Origin: a virus
Direction: 5' to 3' (one strand)
IMG/VR virus record: IMGVR_UViG_3300040801_004793
Span: 57,017 to 121,016 of that record
Length of the DNA: 64,000 nt
This document shows positions 9,631 to 18,963 of the stretch, one piece after another (position 1 is the stretch's first letter; each line of letters starts with the position of its first letter). A program made the position numbers and the translations under genes. Below the pieces are notes generated by a model. The model had not been told where the DNA came from. It ran no database searches and saw only the letters and a list, made by a program, of their open reading frames with translations.

Positions 9631-10442
9631 TAGAACGCTCCCAAAACTCTGATATTCCAATCAGCCGCCAGTACTGTTGCAGAAGCGCCACCATTGGCGG
9701 GAATGACAATTGGACCGTATCTGGCGATATTTATATTAACGTAAGTCGCGTCTGAACTGGATTGGAATCCATAGTCTGTGTATGCGACGCCTGTTGTGTT
9801 TATCTCTTTCCCCACAGACCAGCCGTGATTGCTAGGACCATTTTTGCAAACAAGCCGGACCTCAATTAATTTTGCAGCCTCCCCCTGCCCATGAGCGATC
9901 TGGATATCTCCCCCCGCTACCCATGATGTGATCGTTGTATCTAAATTCCAGTTAATGATCCCATTAGCACCAGGCAGACCGGCGGGGCCTTGTAGGTCTA
10001 CCGGGCTCGTATCAGAAAGGCCGTTCCCCGTCAGGTCAAAGCTTAGGGATGTTCCGTCCCAGATTGGTGTGGGGGTAAAACTTAAATTATCAACAAAACT
10101 ATTAGCTGAGACGAGAATCCAGATTCCACTAGAATAAACTAACTCTAAATAAGCAAAATCACTATTTAAAGTAAAAGTTGTATTCACCTCATCTATAATA
10201 GTGTTTGTCCCGCTTCTTTCAATAATTAAATTGTTAGTAGAAAAGTTGCCTTTTTTATCCGTGAATTTAATTCTAGACCCCTCTAGTGGGCTATTTGGAA
10301 GAGTAGCTGTTATAGCTCCCGTTGTAGTATCTACTAGATAGACAGTATTTACTAAAGCAGTAAAAGAAGTACTTTGAGAAACAATCCTGTCTACCCAAGT
10401 AATTCCTTGTCTATTATTATAGAGATTTTGAATAAGTGTCAT
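9630..10442 (-). CDS. Short secondary tail fibre
   Basis: About 130-aa module paralogous to the distal part of 10858..15342 (YLVDTT..ITATLPNSP..GSRI.F.DK.G.F.TN.L.I.RSGTNT), followed by a different tip. Confidence 0.7.
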   Translation of the reverse strand: MTLIQNLYNNRQGITWVDRIVSQSTSFTALVNTVYLVDTTTGAITATLPNSPLEGSRIKFTDKKGNFSTNNLIIERSGTNTIIDEVNTTFTLNSDFAYLELVYSSGIWILVSANSFVDNLSFTPTPIWDGTSLSFDLTGNGLSDTSPVDLQGPAGLPGANGIINWNLDTTITSWVAGGDIQIAHGQGEAAKLIEVRLVCKNGPSNHGWSVGKEINTTGVAYTDYGFQSSSDATYVNINIARYGPIVIPANGGASATVLAADWNIRVLGAF

Positions 10443-10443
10443 T

Positions 10444-10857
10444 TTAAGAAGCGTTATAGTTTGTTAGAGCTTCGGCTAACTCGTTTAAGTTGAAGTTCAG
10501 TAAAGCTTGGCTTATTTCTATTTCTAATATATCAGATATAGCGCCTAAATTTTTTAGTTCACCCCAAAGAAGAGATGCACTAATAAGGTCTTTCTGTTCT
10601 ATATCATTTTCTAAGGCCATAACCAACCCTGGTTCAGCCCGCAGAAGATCGCGATAGCTGGCATTAGATCGTCGCCACTGGCGAAACCCAGCCCAGTCTG
10701 GTAGTGCGGGTGGATCTGCCCACGCCACAAACGCGCCATCCTCATCCAGTACCGCATGGCTAGCGCCGGGGGGCGGTGTGTTAGGGGCGGCAAAGTCGTT
10801 AGTTCCAAAACGCAAATCGCCACCGTAAATCTCGCCTGTCGCGGCATCAATCCACAT
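10444..10857 (-). CDS. Tail fibre assembly/tip-associated protein, paralog 1
   Basis: Immediately follows the long fibre; paralogous to 9229..9630. Confidence 0.6.
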   Translation of the reverse strand: MWIDAATGEIYGGDLRFGTNDFAAPNTPPPGASHAVLDEDGAFVAWADPPALPDWAGFRQWRRSNASYRDLLRAEPGLVMALENDIEQKDLISASLLWGELKNLGAISDILEIEISQALLNFNLNELAEALTNYNAS

Positions 10858-13800
10858 TTAGAAAAACCTCCAAGCTACGGCGTAGCAATCTACGCCAGAA
10901 TTAACCTCACTTGTGGTCGTTGTTCCGCCCGCGCCATTTACCCCAGCGCCAGCTTCGTTCCAACCTAAAATTACGTGGTTAGATCCGGTCCTAAACCGGA
11001 TCACCCCAGGGATCCCTGAATACCCTGCGGACAATCCAGCCCGAACAAACGCCGAGCCTGCTGCGGCTTGCTCAGCGTGTCCGCCTGAGAGCAACACCCA
11101 AGCAACAGCCCCTGGCTGTCTGGCGAATACTTGCATGCCTGCCTCTGGGACACCTAGATGAGCGTTCAGGGAATATAGGGTGTTGGCATTAATTGAAATC
11201 ACCCCGCTTTGATAGCGCCCGTTGTACGCATACTGCACTACAGCAGTGACCCCGCTGCCGTCCGTGGTTGCCTGCCCCACGTATACCCGAGGGGCATCAA
11301 CCCATGCCGCCCCATCCCAGGAAAACCCTTTGTAATTAACGGTGTCGAACCACCATTGCCCTGAAGCTGGAGATGTAGGGGCAGTGGCACCATAGGCAGG
11401 CTCCAGGGTGCTGTGCCCGGTGGTGACGGTGGTGCCATCCCACTCCACCCACAGGTAGCAGATATCGCTGGCGGTGAGCGAACCCCAGGACGTAGCGCTG
11501 GGGATTTCAAAAATATCGTCGATCGCCCCTGCCCCGCCCCAACCTTTAGCAATTGTGGCGATCGCACTGCCACTTGAAACCACCTGTAAGCCCGTCCCTA
11601 CCGTCAGCCAAGACGGTGGGCCATTTAATACCACTTGCCTTACTCCCCCGGTGGCTGCCCCCGATGGTCCTCGCAGATTCACCGGGGCGATATCTGCTGA
11701 TCCATCTCCAGTAGTATCCCAACCAAGACTGCTACCATCCCACACGGGATTAGGAGTAAGGCCTTTATTGTCTAGAAAAGAGTTACCTCCTGCAAGACTC
11801 CAAATACCATCAAAGTAGGCTAATTCTATGTTAGCAAAATCGCTATTCAACTCTAAAGAGGTTAATGTTCCATCCGTAAGAGTGTTTGTACCACTTCTAT
11901 TAATGGTTAGAGAGTTTGTTCCAAAGCTTCCCACTTTATCCACAAATCTAATTCTACTTCCGTTAGTAGGACTGTTAGGTAGAGTTGCTGTAATAGAAGT
12001 CGCAGTCGTATCTACTAAATAGAGGTTTTCTGGTTCAGCGGTAAAAGAAATGTTTGTACTTTGAATAGTAAGACTACTTCCTCCTTCACTAGAGCCAACA
12101 GAAATAGATGTATTTTCTATTCGAGAAATTTGGAAAAAACTTTCTACTCTGTAAGTATTAGCCTCAAAGCAAACTACTTTAATCTGGTCTCCTGAAGAAA
12201 GACTTACAATTTTTGTAAAATTAGCAGATGAGGCTCCAGTCGTTTCTGAAAAAGGGTGGTCTATAGTAGCCTCTCTAACACCGTTGATTTCTAGACCAAA
12301 AACAATTCTGCTATTAGTATTTTGTCTAACGTGGACACTGATCAAAACGCTTTCATCTTGAGGAGCTGTATAAACACCTCCCACTAAGTTGGTGTTATTT
12401 AGACTGTCTGTATCCCAAGTTACAGTGTCCGAACTAGCAAATGCTGTATCTACACTTAAACTAGCATCTACTAAAGGAACTAACTGCTTAACACTTGTTG
12501 TGCCAACATTGGCGGGATTTACAGTAATTTCTTTATACCCTAAAACTTCCCAGCTAGAACCCGCAATAAAGTTATCACCTTGAGTTATCTCAATACTCTG
12601 TATCGCTTCGGTGTTTTTCCAAATAATATTCCCGAGTCTAAGACTATCATCTACGTTTGTAGAGTCTCTAGGTACTACTCCATAGACTTCAAGATTTTTA
12701 TACTTAGAAGTACTTCCGGGATCTAAAACTTTGATAAAAAGGCTACCAAACGTATATATTTCAGAATTAGATCCTGGTATCGGAAAACCAACATTACTCC
12801 CCACTCCCTCTAATAAAGCGGGTGTACTGTCAAGGTTTAATAAGTACTTATCGTAGTTAGAGACATTTGAATCTCCGTTAATTCTGATTTCTGGGAAAGT
12901 TCTTGTAGCAGAATCCGAGCGAAGACTATAATTAAGTTCTAATTTTTCATAAGAATTGGCATCTAAATTAGAGGCCAAAAGGCTATTACTTGAAGAAGAA
13001 AGCGTACCCCCCGCTACTTTAATAGCCGTATAAATAGTATTCGAACCAAAACTTCCCCCCACGGTATTTTTTCGCCACCCTAACAACGAAAAGAATCCTC
13101 TTCCAGCATGAAAGTTAATTACCGTATTAGGAAGACCAGACCCCTGATGAGCTAGGATTCTAATTCTTTCTCCCGCAACTAAAGAGAGGTTTGAAGAAAT
13201 TACAGGTATAGTTTCAGCGTCACTATATGTTCCTCTAGCTACTTCAGACCTTCCTACTTCTATATAGGTAGAGTCTAATAGCTTTTTTTCTAGAATGATA
13301 ATACATCTCCCACTTACTGGAGTATTATCTTCATTATCAAAGTGAATGGCAGCAGAAACCTGAAGGTAGCAATCCTCTTGAGCTTCCCATTCATTGTTTA
13401 CAGGGTCCCAGGCGACCTCGGTATCGCTTGTAGGTGTGTCCCAATCAACAAGGACGTTTGATCCAGAAGCTATCGTCTGACCACCATCCTTAGTAGCATA
13501 GAAGTGAATGCTTTGAAAAGAAGTGCCTCCAGTCCCACCAGATCCAATTTCTGTTTCTACTCCACCACTATTACGGTAGTACAGTTTTCCATCGGTACCA
13601 GCATATACAGTAGTATTTGTACCTCCAGGATCAGCGACACTTCCAGGAACTTGTTGAACTAGATTGAGTGTATCTGAACTACCTCCTCCCGCAGGAGGAT
13701 CACCGTAGACTAAATTACTACCAACCTTCTTTAATACCTGCCCTTCAGTAGCCGCATCAAAACCGGAGACTATTGAGGAAAGTTTAGAAGAATAAGGCTG

Positions 13801-15342
13801 AACTTCAGTACCGGGCCGTAAAGAGAGTGTGGCTTGCATAGCAGCTACATCAACGCCAGATAAAAGAGTTCTACCTAAAGCTGATATCGTACTACTCGCA
13901 AAGGTAGTAGCTCCAGTACTGTAAATAATTTGATTCGCAGACAGAGTAAGGCTTGATAGAGATTCAAGAATAGTACTGAAACTTTGAATGGTCGAACCTA
14001 TATCTGATGCTTGTAAACTAGAGTCTGCTAAAGCTAAAGAAGCTAAAGTAGCAGCGGTTAAAGAAATCGTGATATTTGTAGAAAGAGCTCCTCCTCCTTC
14101 TAACCCAAGTTCGGTAGAAACTGTTCTACTAGGAGGAACACTTTCAGCAATGTCTATTACAGTTTGATTTAAAATATCATCATCTGTAATTGTAACTCCA
14201 CCACCAGTAAAATTTAAAGCACTTCTATAAGTTTGAGAAATCCCCTGAAAAAGAATACCTCTATTAACTTGAGAGCCTTCTTGAATACTATCTAGTTTAA
14301 TCTTAAGAGCAGAAGACATTAATCCAGCTAAAGTGTTTGTAACACTACCTATGGATATATTTTGTCCTCCAGTATTATTAATCTCTAAATTTGTGTCGGT
14401 GTGATTAATTACACTTAAATCTACACTGGCACTACCACTCGGTCCCTGTGGTCCTCGGGATGCGAAAGAAAAAGTAATATTACCAGATAGAGTTCCATTA
14501 CTTCCAAGATGAGCAACGGTAAGGTCTCTATAATTTACATTGTCTACAACAGAGTCTAAACGATAAAAAGAATACGAAGTAGAATCACTTTCATCAATTA
14601 GCATTAGAATGCTACCTAAAGTTAGCTCATCTAAAACTAAATCTGTAGCATTGCCATTTCGATCTATCTCAGAAATATAAATATTTGTAGCAAGAGAAGG
14701 AGTAGCGTTATTTAATCTAATTTCACCAGCAGCCGGAGAAGTACTAGTAGAAGTACTAAATGTATGTCTTAATCCAAACCCCGTTATACCATTAACTCCG
14801 GGATTACCCTGTTCTCCTTGAATACCCTGAGGCCCTCTTACAGAAGCCCCAAGTGTAGTATTTCCTGCAATAGTGCCGTTTCCATAAAGATGGGTTACGT
14901 TATAAGTTCTATCCGTACCGTTATCAACTTGACTATTTAACGAAAAGAAGTGGTAATTAGAAGTGTCTGACTCGTCTACTACGGCTAGAACAGAATTTAA
15001 CTGAATAAAATCTAAGAGACCAGAAGTATTTGCTGCATTCCTATCTGTTTCTGAAACGTAAATTTCTGTGGCTAGAGAAAGATTAGAGTTATTTAATCTT
15101 ATTTCTCCGTTAGCTGGAGAACTCGTAGTTGTGGGACTAAAAATATACTTAGCCCCAAAAACAACGGCATCCCCGGATACAATAGAAACTGTAACCTCCT
15201 GACCCGTACCCGTAGCAGTTACGCTGGCCCCTTCAATATTAATAGAGTTTATATTCGAACCTAAAGATACGCCCTCATCTTTTACAGTCAAAGCTCCGGC
15301 GTCTTTAATTAGTTGTACAGCTTTATCGCTAGAAACGGGCAT
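10858..15342 (-). CDS. Long tail fibre protein
   Basis: 1494 aa, Gly/Ser/Thr-rich. Collagen-like GPQGIQGEQGNPG, duplicated N-terminal domain (FS..T..SPA.GEIRLNN twice), Gly linkers, GC-rich variable tip. Confidence 0.8.
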   Translation of the reverse strand: MPVSSDKAVQLIKDAGALTVKDEGVSLGSNINSINIEGASVTATGTGQEVTVSIVSGDAVVFGAKYIFSPTTTSSPANGEIRLNNSNLSLATEIYVSETDRNAANTSGLLDFIQLNSVLAVVDESDTSNYHFFSLNSQVDNGTDRTYNVTHLYGNGTIAGNTTLGASVRGPQGIQGEQGNPGVNGITGFGLRHTFSTSTSTSPAAGEIRLNNATPSLATNIYISEIDRNGNATDLVLDELTLGSILMLIDESDSTSYSFYRLDSVVDNVNYRDLTVAHLGSNGTLSGNITFSFASRGPQGPSGSASVDLSVINHTDTNLEINNTGGQNISIGSVTNTLAGLMSSALKIKLDSIQEGSQVNRGILFQGISQTYRSALNFTGGGVTITDDDILNQTVIDIAESVPPSRTVSTELGLEGGGALSTNITISLTAATLASLALADSSLQASDIGSTIQSFSTILESLSSLTLSANQIIYSTGATTFASSTISALGRTLLSGVDVAAMQATLSLRPGTEVQPYSSKLSSIVSGFDAATEGQVLKKVGSNLVYGDPPAGGGSSDTLNLVQQVPGSVADPGGTNTTVYAGTDGKLYYRNSGGVETEIGSGGTGGTSFQSIHFYATKDGGQTIASGSNVLVDWDTPTSDTEVAWDPVNNEWEAQEDCYLQVSAAIHFDNEDNTPVSGRCIIILEKKLLDSTYIEVGRSEVARGTYSDAETIPVISSNLSLVAGERIRILAHQGSGLPNTVINFHAGRGFFSLLGWRKNTVGGSFGSNTIYTAIKVAGGTLSSSSNSLLASNLDANSYEKLELNYSLRSDSATRTFPEIRINGDSNVSNYDKYLLNLDSTPALLEGVGSNVGFPIPGSNSEIYTFGSLFIKVLDPGSTSKYKNLEVYGVVPRDSTNVDDSLRLGNIIWKNTEAIQSIEITQGDNFIAGSSWEVLGYKEITVNPANVGTTSVKQLVPLVDASLSVDTAFASSDTVTWDTDSLNNTNLVGGVYTAPQDESVLISVHVRQNTNSRIVFGLEINGVREATIDHPFSETTGASSANFTKIVSLSSGDQIKVVCFEANTYRVESFFQISRIENTSISVGSSEGGSSLTIQSTNISFTAEPENLYLVDTTATSITATLPNSPTNGSRIRFVDKVGSFGTNSLTINRSGTNTLTDGTLTSLELNSDFANIELAYFDGIWSLAGGNSFLDNKGLTPNPVWDGSSLGWDTTGDGSADIAPVNLRGPSGAATGGVRQVVLNGPPSWLTVGTGLQVVSSGSAIATIAKGWGGAGAIDDIFEIPSATSWGSLTASDICYLWVEWDGTTVTTGHSTLEPAYGATAPTSPASGQWWFDTVNYKGFSWDGAAWVDAPRVYVGQATTDGSGVTAVVQYAYNGRYQSGVISINANTLYSLNAHLGVPEAGMQVFARQPGAVAWVLLSGGHAEQAAAGSAFVRAGLSAGYSGIPGVIRFRTGSNHVILGWNEAGAGVNGAGGTTTTSEVNSGVDCYAVAWRFF

Positions 15343-15345
15343 TTC

Positions 15346-18300
15346 TTATAATAATCTCCAGGTTGTTGTATCCCACATGACTAAGGCTTGTTCTCCAGGA
15401 TTTAGTACAGATAGGGATACACTACTCTCATTTACTACATCTAAAGTATTAGTGGTTGAGGTGTTAATAATAAAGTGATGTTGAAATTGACTACCTCCAT
15501 TATACAGGTTTACCAAATAGTCGCTAGCCGTATCAAAAACACAATAGTAGGGGTCAGAAGCATCTAGTGTACGATTACCCAGAAGAGTTTCTTTCGTACC
15601 TTTTGACTTTAAATTTGCATGAATTGTGTTTCCTATATCATCGTAGCTAAAAACGATGTCTCCTAGAGTACCATCATCTAAAATTCCACCTACGGCGTCT
15701 TGAGCTTGTTCTACTGTAAAACCAGGAATCTCAATTTGAGTATCGGGATTTGCATCCGTAACTGTTACACCACCGCCAACAAAATTTAGACTACTTCTAG
15801 TTGTAAGGGTAGAACCTTCATCTTTAATAGAATGACCACTACTTCCTCCACCAAAAAAGCCTCCTAAAATAGTGGTGCCGTCTGGAGAATATAAATATAT
15901 AGTTGATTCCCAGCTATTAGCTACACCCCCAAAAGAAGGAATTCCATTTTCCCATCCCACTGAGACCGGCCAACCTGCAATAGTTCTTCCCCCTGTAGCA
16001 TCCTGTAAAACATAGACGGTAGCTTGAGAGCCAGCAACAAAATTCGTGAGATTAATAGTTGTGATATTCTCTGTCAGGGTAAGAATATAGTAATTTTGGT
16101 TGGGAGCATCAATAGTAATAGCCCCAGTGCTGATAGGTAAATTAGAAGGGGCTGTACTTCCTCCCCCCGATGGGAAATTAATAACTACTTCATCGCCAGA
16201 AACAGTAATAGCTCCAGAACCTTTAAAATTTAATCTCCCAACATTTTCCGAAACGACAATATCATCATCGGCTACAGATAGCCTATCGTCTACAGGAATT
16301 TCAATAGTCTCGGGAGTAGGTTCATTTACATAAACAACGTGTCCGTTGTGAGTCAGAACATTTCCATTATGAGTAACAATTCTTTCTGGTTCAAAAGTAA
16401 CGTTTAACCAGTCGTCTGGAGAAATAGTATCTTTAGAGAGATATACAAAATTTGAGAGAGTATCAGAGTAAAGAGTTCCGGCTGCCAATGGGGTCGTAGA
16501 CGGAGGGGTAGTTTGAAATTCTACATTTACAGTTCCTCCACCACCGCTACCTCCACTTTTTAACCATCTGCCCGGATTTTCAATTAAAATATCATCTGGT
16601 CTTAAAGTTATATTAGTCGTGTTGTCTGTACTCAATGCGTCAAAAACCCAGATCTCAGGGGGACGATTCTCTAGTACTAAACGAGTTTCAAAGTTTTGAA
16701 TGCTAGCTGAAGGTATAGCTGTAAGGGCTGCATACGTGTCTATTGAAGAAGACCAAATACCCCCTTCAAAACGAATCCATCTTCCCGGATCTACGCTTGT
16801 TATAGAGGCAGGCTTAATCGAATTGCTGCTGTTGTTAGTAGAAGCTTCAAACCAAGTCCAAAGGCAAAGGTTTTCATTTTCGAAAGTAAATCTTGTTTCA
16901 TAGTTAATTAAATTTGCTGGTACTAAAGTTTCCAGACTGCTTCGATTAGAAATAGGATACTGCCAAATTTGAGTACTCTCTGCAATATCCGCTAAATTTC
17001 TGGTAAGTTCTATAATACAGCCATCGTTAACAGAATGACTAATATCGGTTACGGCGTTACCGAGATACCTAAAAGAAACGCAAACTTCATAAACGTCGGT
17101 TCCCGTAGTCGTGGGAACAACAGAGCTCGGAGCTAGGGGAGTCCATAATCCAAAATAATCCGTATTTAAATTTGGAGTTACGGCCCCTTCAGCCCAAACA
17201 GCCGTAAAGGTATCACTCGTAGTATTCGTGGGTATAAAACCTAAAAACTTTCTAATCTCTACTCCGTTTTTACGAATAAAGAAAATAATTTCATCTACGT
17301 TAAAAACACCTCTGGAACTTCCAGCGATAACATCTGGATAATTTGACCGGATGCTGGAAGGGTAAGGAACTTGAATTGTAAAGTTTGGTGAAACATCAGC
17401 AGTTACAGAAGCCGCAAAAGCTCCACAGTGACTCTCTCCTGATACTGTACTAACTAAAGCTCTTTGAGCTTCGAAATCTTGAACGATATCAGAGGTATAA
17501 ACATCTCCGCTATTATTAATAATTACTTTTTGATTCGCTGTGTCTACATCTAAATTTAAAATATTGACTGAAGCTTTATCTTTAAAAAAGTAACCATTAA
17601 CAGTACCACTTCCTTCATCTACTAGTACCTCCAAAAGGGAAGAGGGATATACTCTTCGAAGTCCTGTAGGGTAAGGTAAAATTACATCTCCTACAATAGC
17701 GCTAGCGTCATTATACGTACCCGATTCTGCAAAGATGAAAGGGTAAATACTGATATCACTTAGATATGCTGGAAGGCTTTTTAGTTGGTAGCTATGAAAC
17801 TCTGGAAAAACTCTACACTGCCAGCAGTAATTAGGCTGAATATCTTTAGCTATTACTATATCGCTAGCTTCAAAAGTATATGGTTTTTCTACCCCAATAT
17901 CTTTTTGTGGGCTAACTTCATCTTCAGCCACTATATCTAACAGACCAGTAGCGGGGTTACTTATTCCTTCATAGACAATTTTTAGTAAACTTTCAAAGTC
18001 TTCCGAAGCAGGAACACCATTTACTGTAATTACAAAACCAACTCTTTCTCCTTTAGAAATAGGTTCAGAACTATTTTGATTTAATATCCAAAGCCTTCTA
18101 TATTTACCCTGACTTCCATCTAAGGCATATTTGTAAGGAAGAAGTTTGGAAGTGTCGGTAATTTCAAGTAAGGCCATATCAGCCCCATTTACAGTATTTG
18201 TGGTGTCAGTAATTGAATTATTAAATTCATCTAAATACTTCAACCATCTTCCTGTAGAAGCCCCTATAACCTCTACTCCATCTACAGTATCCGAGCTATT

Positions 18301-18768
18301 AGGATGATAACGATAAATATTTCCGTTAGCGTTGTACAGCCGTATCATTCCTTCTGTTAGATTTGCTCCAGAAGGAAAGGTGCTGACTCCTTCTCTAGAA
18401 AGATCTAGATGACTATCTTCTGTAATAGTTATTGTCTTAGGTAGCGTAATAGGTTCTTGTGTGCTGGCAATTACAGCATCAATTACGCAAATTACAGTAG
18501 AGGTAGAGTGGTCGTTTTCAGTTCCCGCAGAAATTACAAACTGCTGCCAGTTCTCCCCAGACCTATAACAATCGGCGGGAATCGTAATAGATATACCCTG
18601 TCCCGCAGTAACACTTACACTAGATACAATAGAAGGCAAATTAAAACCAATATCGTTTCTACCTTGAATCCAAAAATAGTATGTTTGGGGTACAGTAAGA
18701 TTGCCTGATGTTGTAGATACATTCAGGGCCGTAATTTGTGTTCTTCCACTAGCGTATTGTACTTTCAT
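15346..18768 (-). CDS. Tail tip/baseplate-fibre platform protein
   Basis: 1140 aa; three repeats ending GRW[LI][KR]; IKDEG...LNFVGGGVTVT repeats shared with the long fibre. Confidence 0.6.
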   Translation of the reverse strand: MKVQYASGRTQITALNVSTTSGNLTVPQTYYFWIQGRNDIGFNLPSIVSSVSVTAGQGISITIPADCYRSGENWQQFVISAGTENDHSTSTVICVIDAVIASTQEPITLPKTITITEDSHLDLSREGVSTFPSGANLTEGMIRLYNANGNIYRYHPNSSDTVDGVEVIGASTGRWLKYLDEFNNSITDTTNTVNGADMALLEITDTSKLLPYKYALDGSQGKYRRLWILNQNSSEPISKGERVGFVITVNGVPASEDFESLLKIVYEGISNPATGLLDIVAEDEVSPQKDIGVEKPYTFEASDIVIAKDIQPNYCWQCRVFPEFHSYQLKSLPAYLSDISIYPFIFAESGTYNDASAIVGDVILPYPTGLRRVYPSSLLEVLVDEGSGTVNGYFFKDKASVNILNLDVDTANQKVIINNSGDVYTSDIVQDFEAQRALVSTVSGESHCGAFAASVTADVSPNFTIQVPYPSSIRSNYPDVIAGSSRGVFNVDEIIFFIRKNGVEIRKFLGFIPTNTTSDTFTAVWAEGAVTPNLNTDYFGLWTPLAPSSVVPTTTGTDVYEVCVSFRYLGNAVTDISHSVNDGCIIELTRNLADIAESTQIWQYPISNRSSLETLVPANLINYETRFTFENENLCLWTWFEASTNNSSNSIKPASITSVDPGRWIRFEGGIWSSSIDTYAALTAIPSASIQNFETRLVLENRPPEIWVFDALSTDNTTNITLRPDDILIENPGRWLKSGGSGGGGTVNVEFQTTPPSTTPLAAGTLYSDTLSNFVYLSKDTISPDDWLNVTFEPERIVTHNGNVLTHNGHVVYVNEPTPETIEIPVDDRLSVADDDIVVSENVGRLNFKGSGAITVSGDEVVINFPSGGGSTAPSNLPISTGAITIDAPNQNYYILTLTENITTINLTNFVAGSQATVYVLQDATGGRTIAGWPVSVGWENGIPSFGGVANSWESTIYLYSPDGTTILGGFFGGGSSGHSIKDEGSTLTTRSSLNFVGGGVTVTDANPDTQIEIPGFTVEQAQDAVGGILDDGTLGDIVFSYDDIGNTIHANLKSKGTKETLLGNRTLDASDPYYCVFDTASDYLVNLYNGGSQFQHHFIINTSTTNTLDVVNESSVSLSVLNPGEQALVMWDTTTWRLL

Positions 18769-18959
18769 TATCTATTTAATAGTTCTCTGGAGGATCTTTC
18801 ATAGCTGGGTCTAGACTTAAAAGTATAAGCTTCATTATTTATAGTAAGTTCGACCTCATGAGAACTTACTTGTTTAGCTGACAGCTTTTTACTATTTACG
18901 TATTGCAAAAATTTGTCTACTAATACTCTTTTCTGTTGGTAATCAAAAACTCTTTTCAT
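18768..18959 (-). CDS. hypothetical protein
   Basis: Start reassigned to the ATG at 18959 (MKRVFDY), just after the upstream stop. Confidence 0.5.
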   Translation of the reverse strand: MKRVFDYQQKRVLVDKFLQYVNSKKLSAKQVSSHEVELTINNEAYTFKSRPSYERSSRELLNR

Positions 18960-18963
18960 TCTA

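Noticed and set aside
9229-11750. Diversity-generating retroelement or invertible tail-fibre shufflon
   Set aside because: No reverse transcriptase or invertase, repeats are direct, and differences are not adenine-specific.
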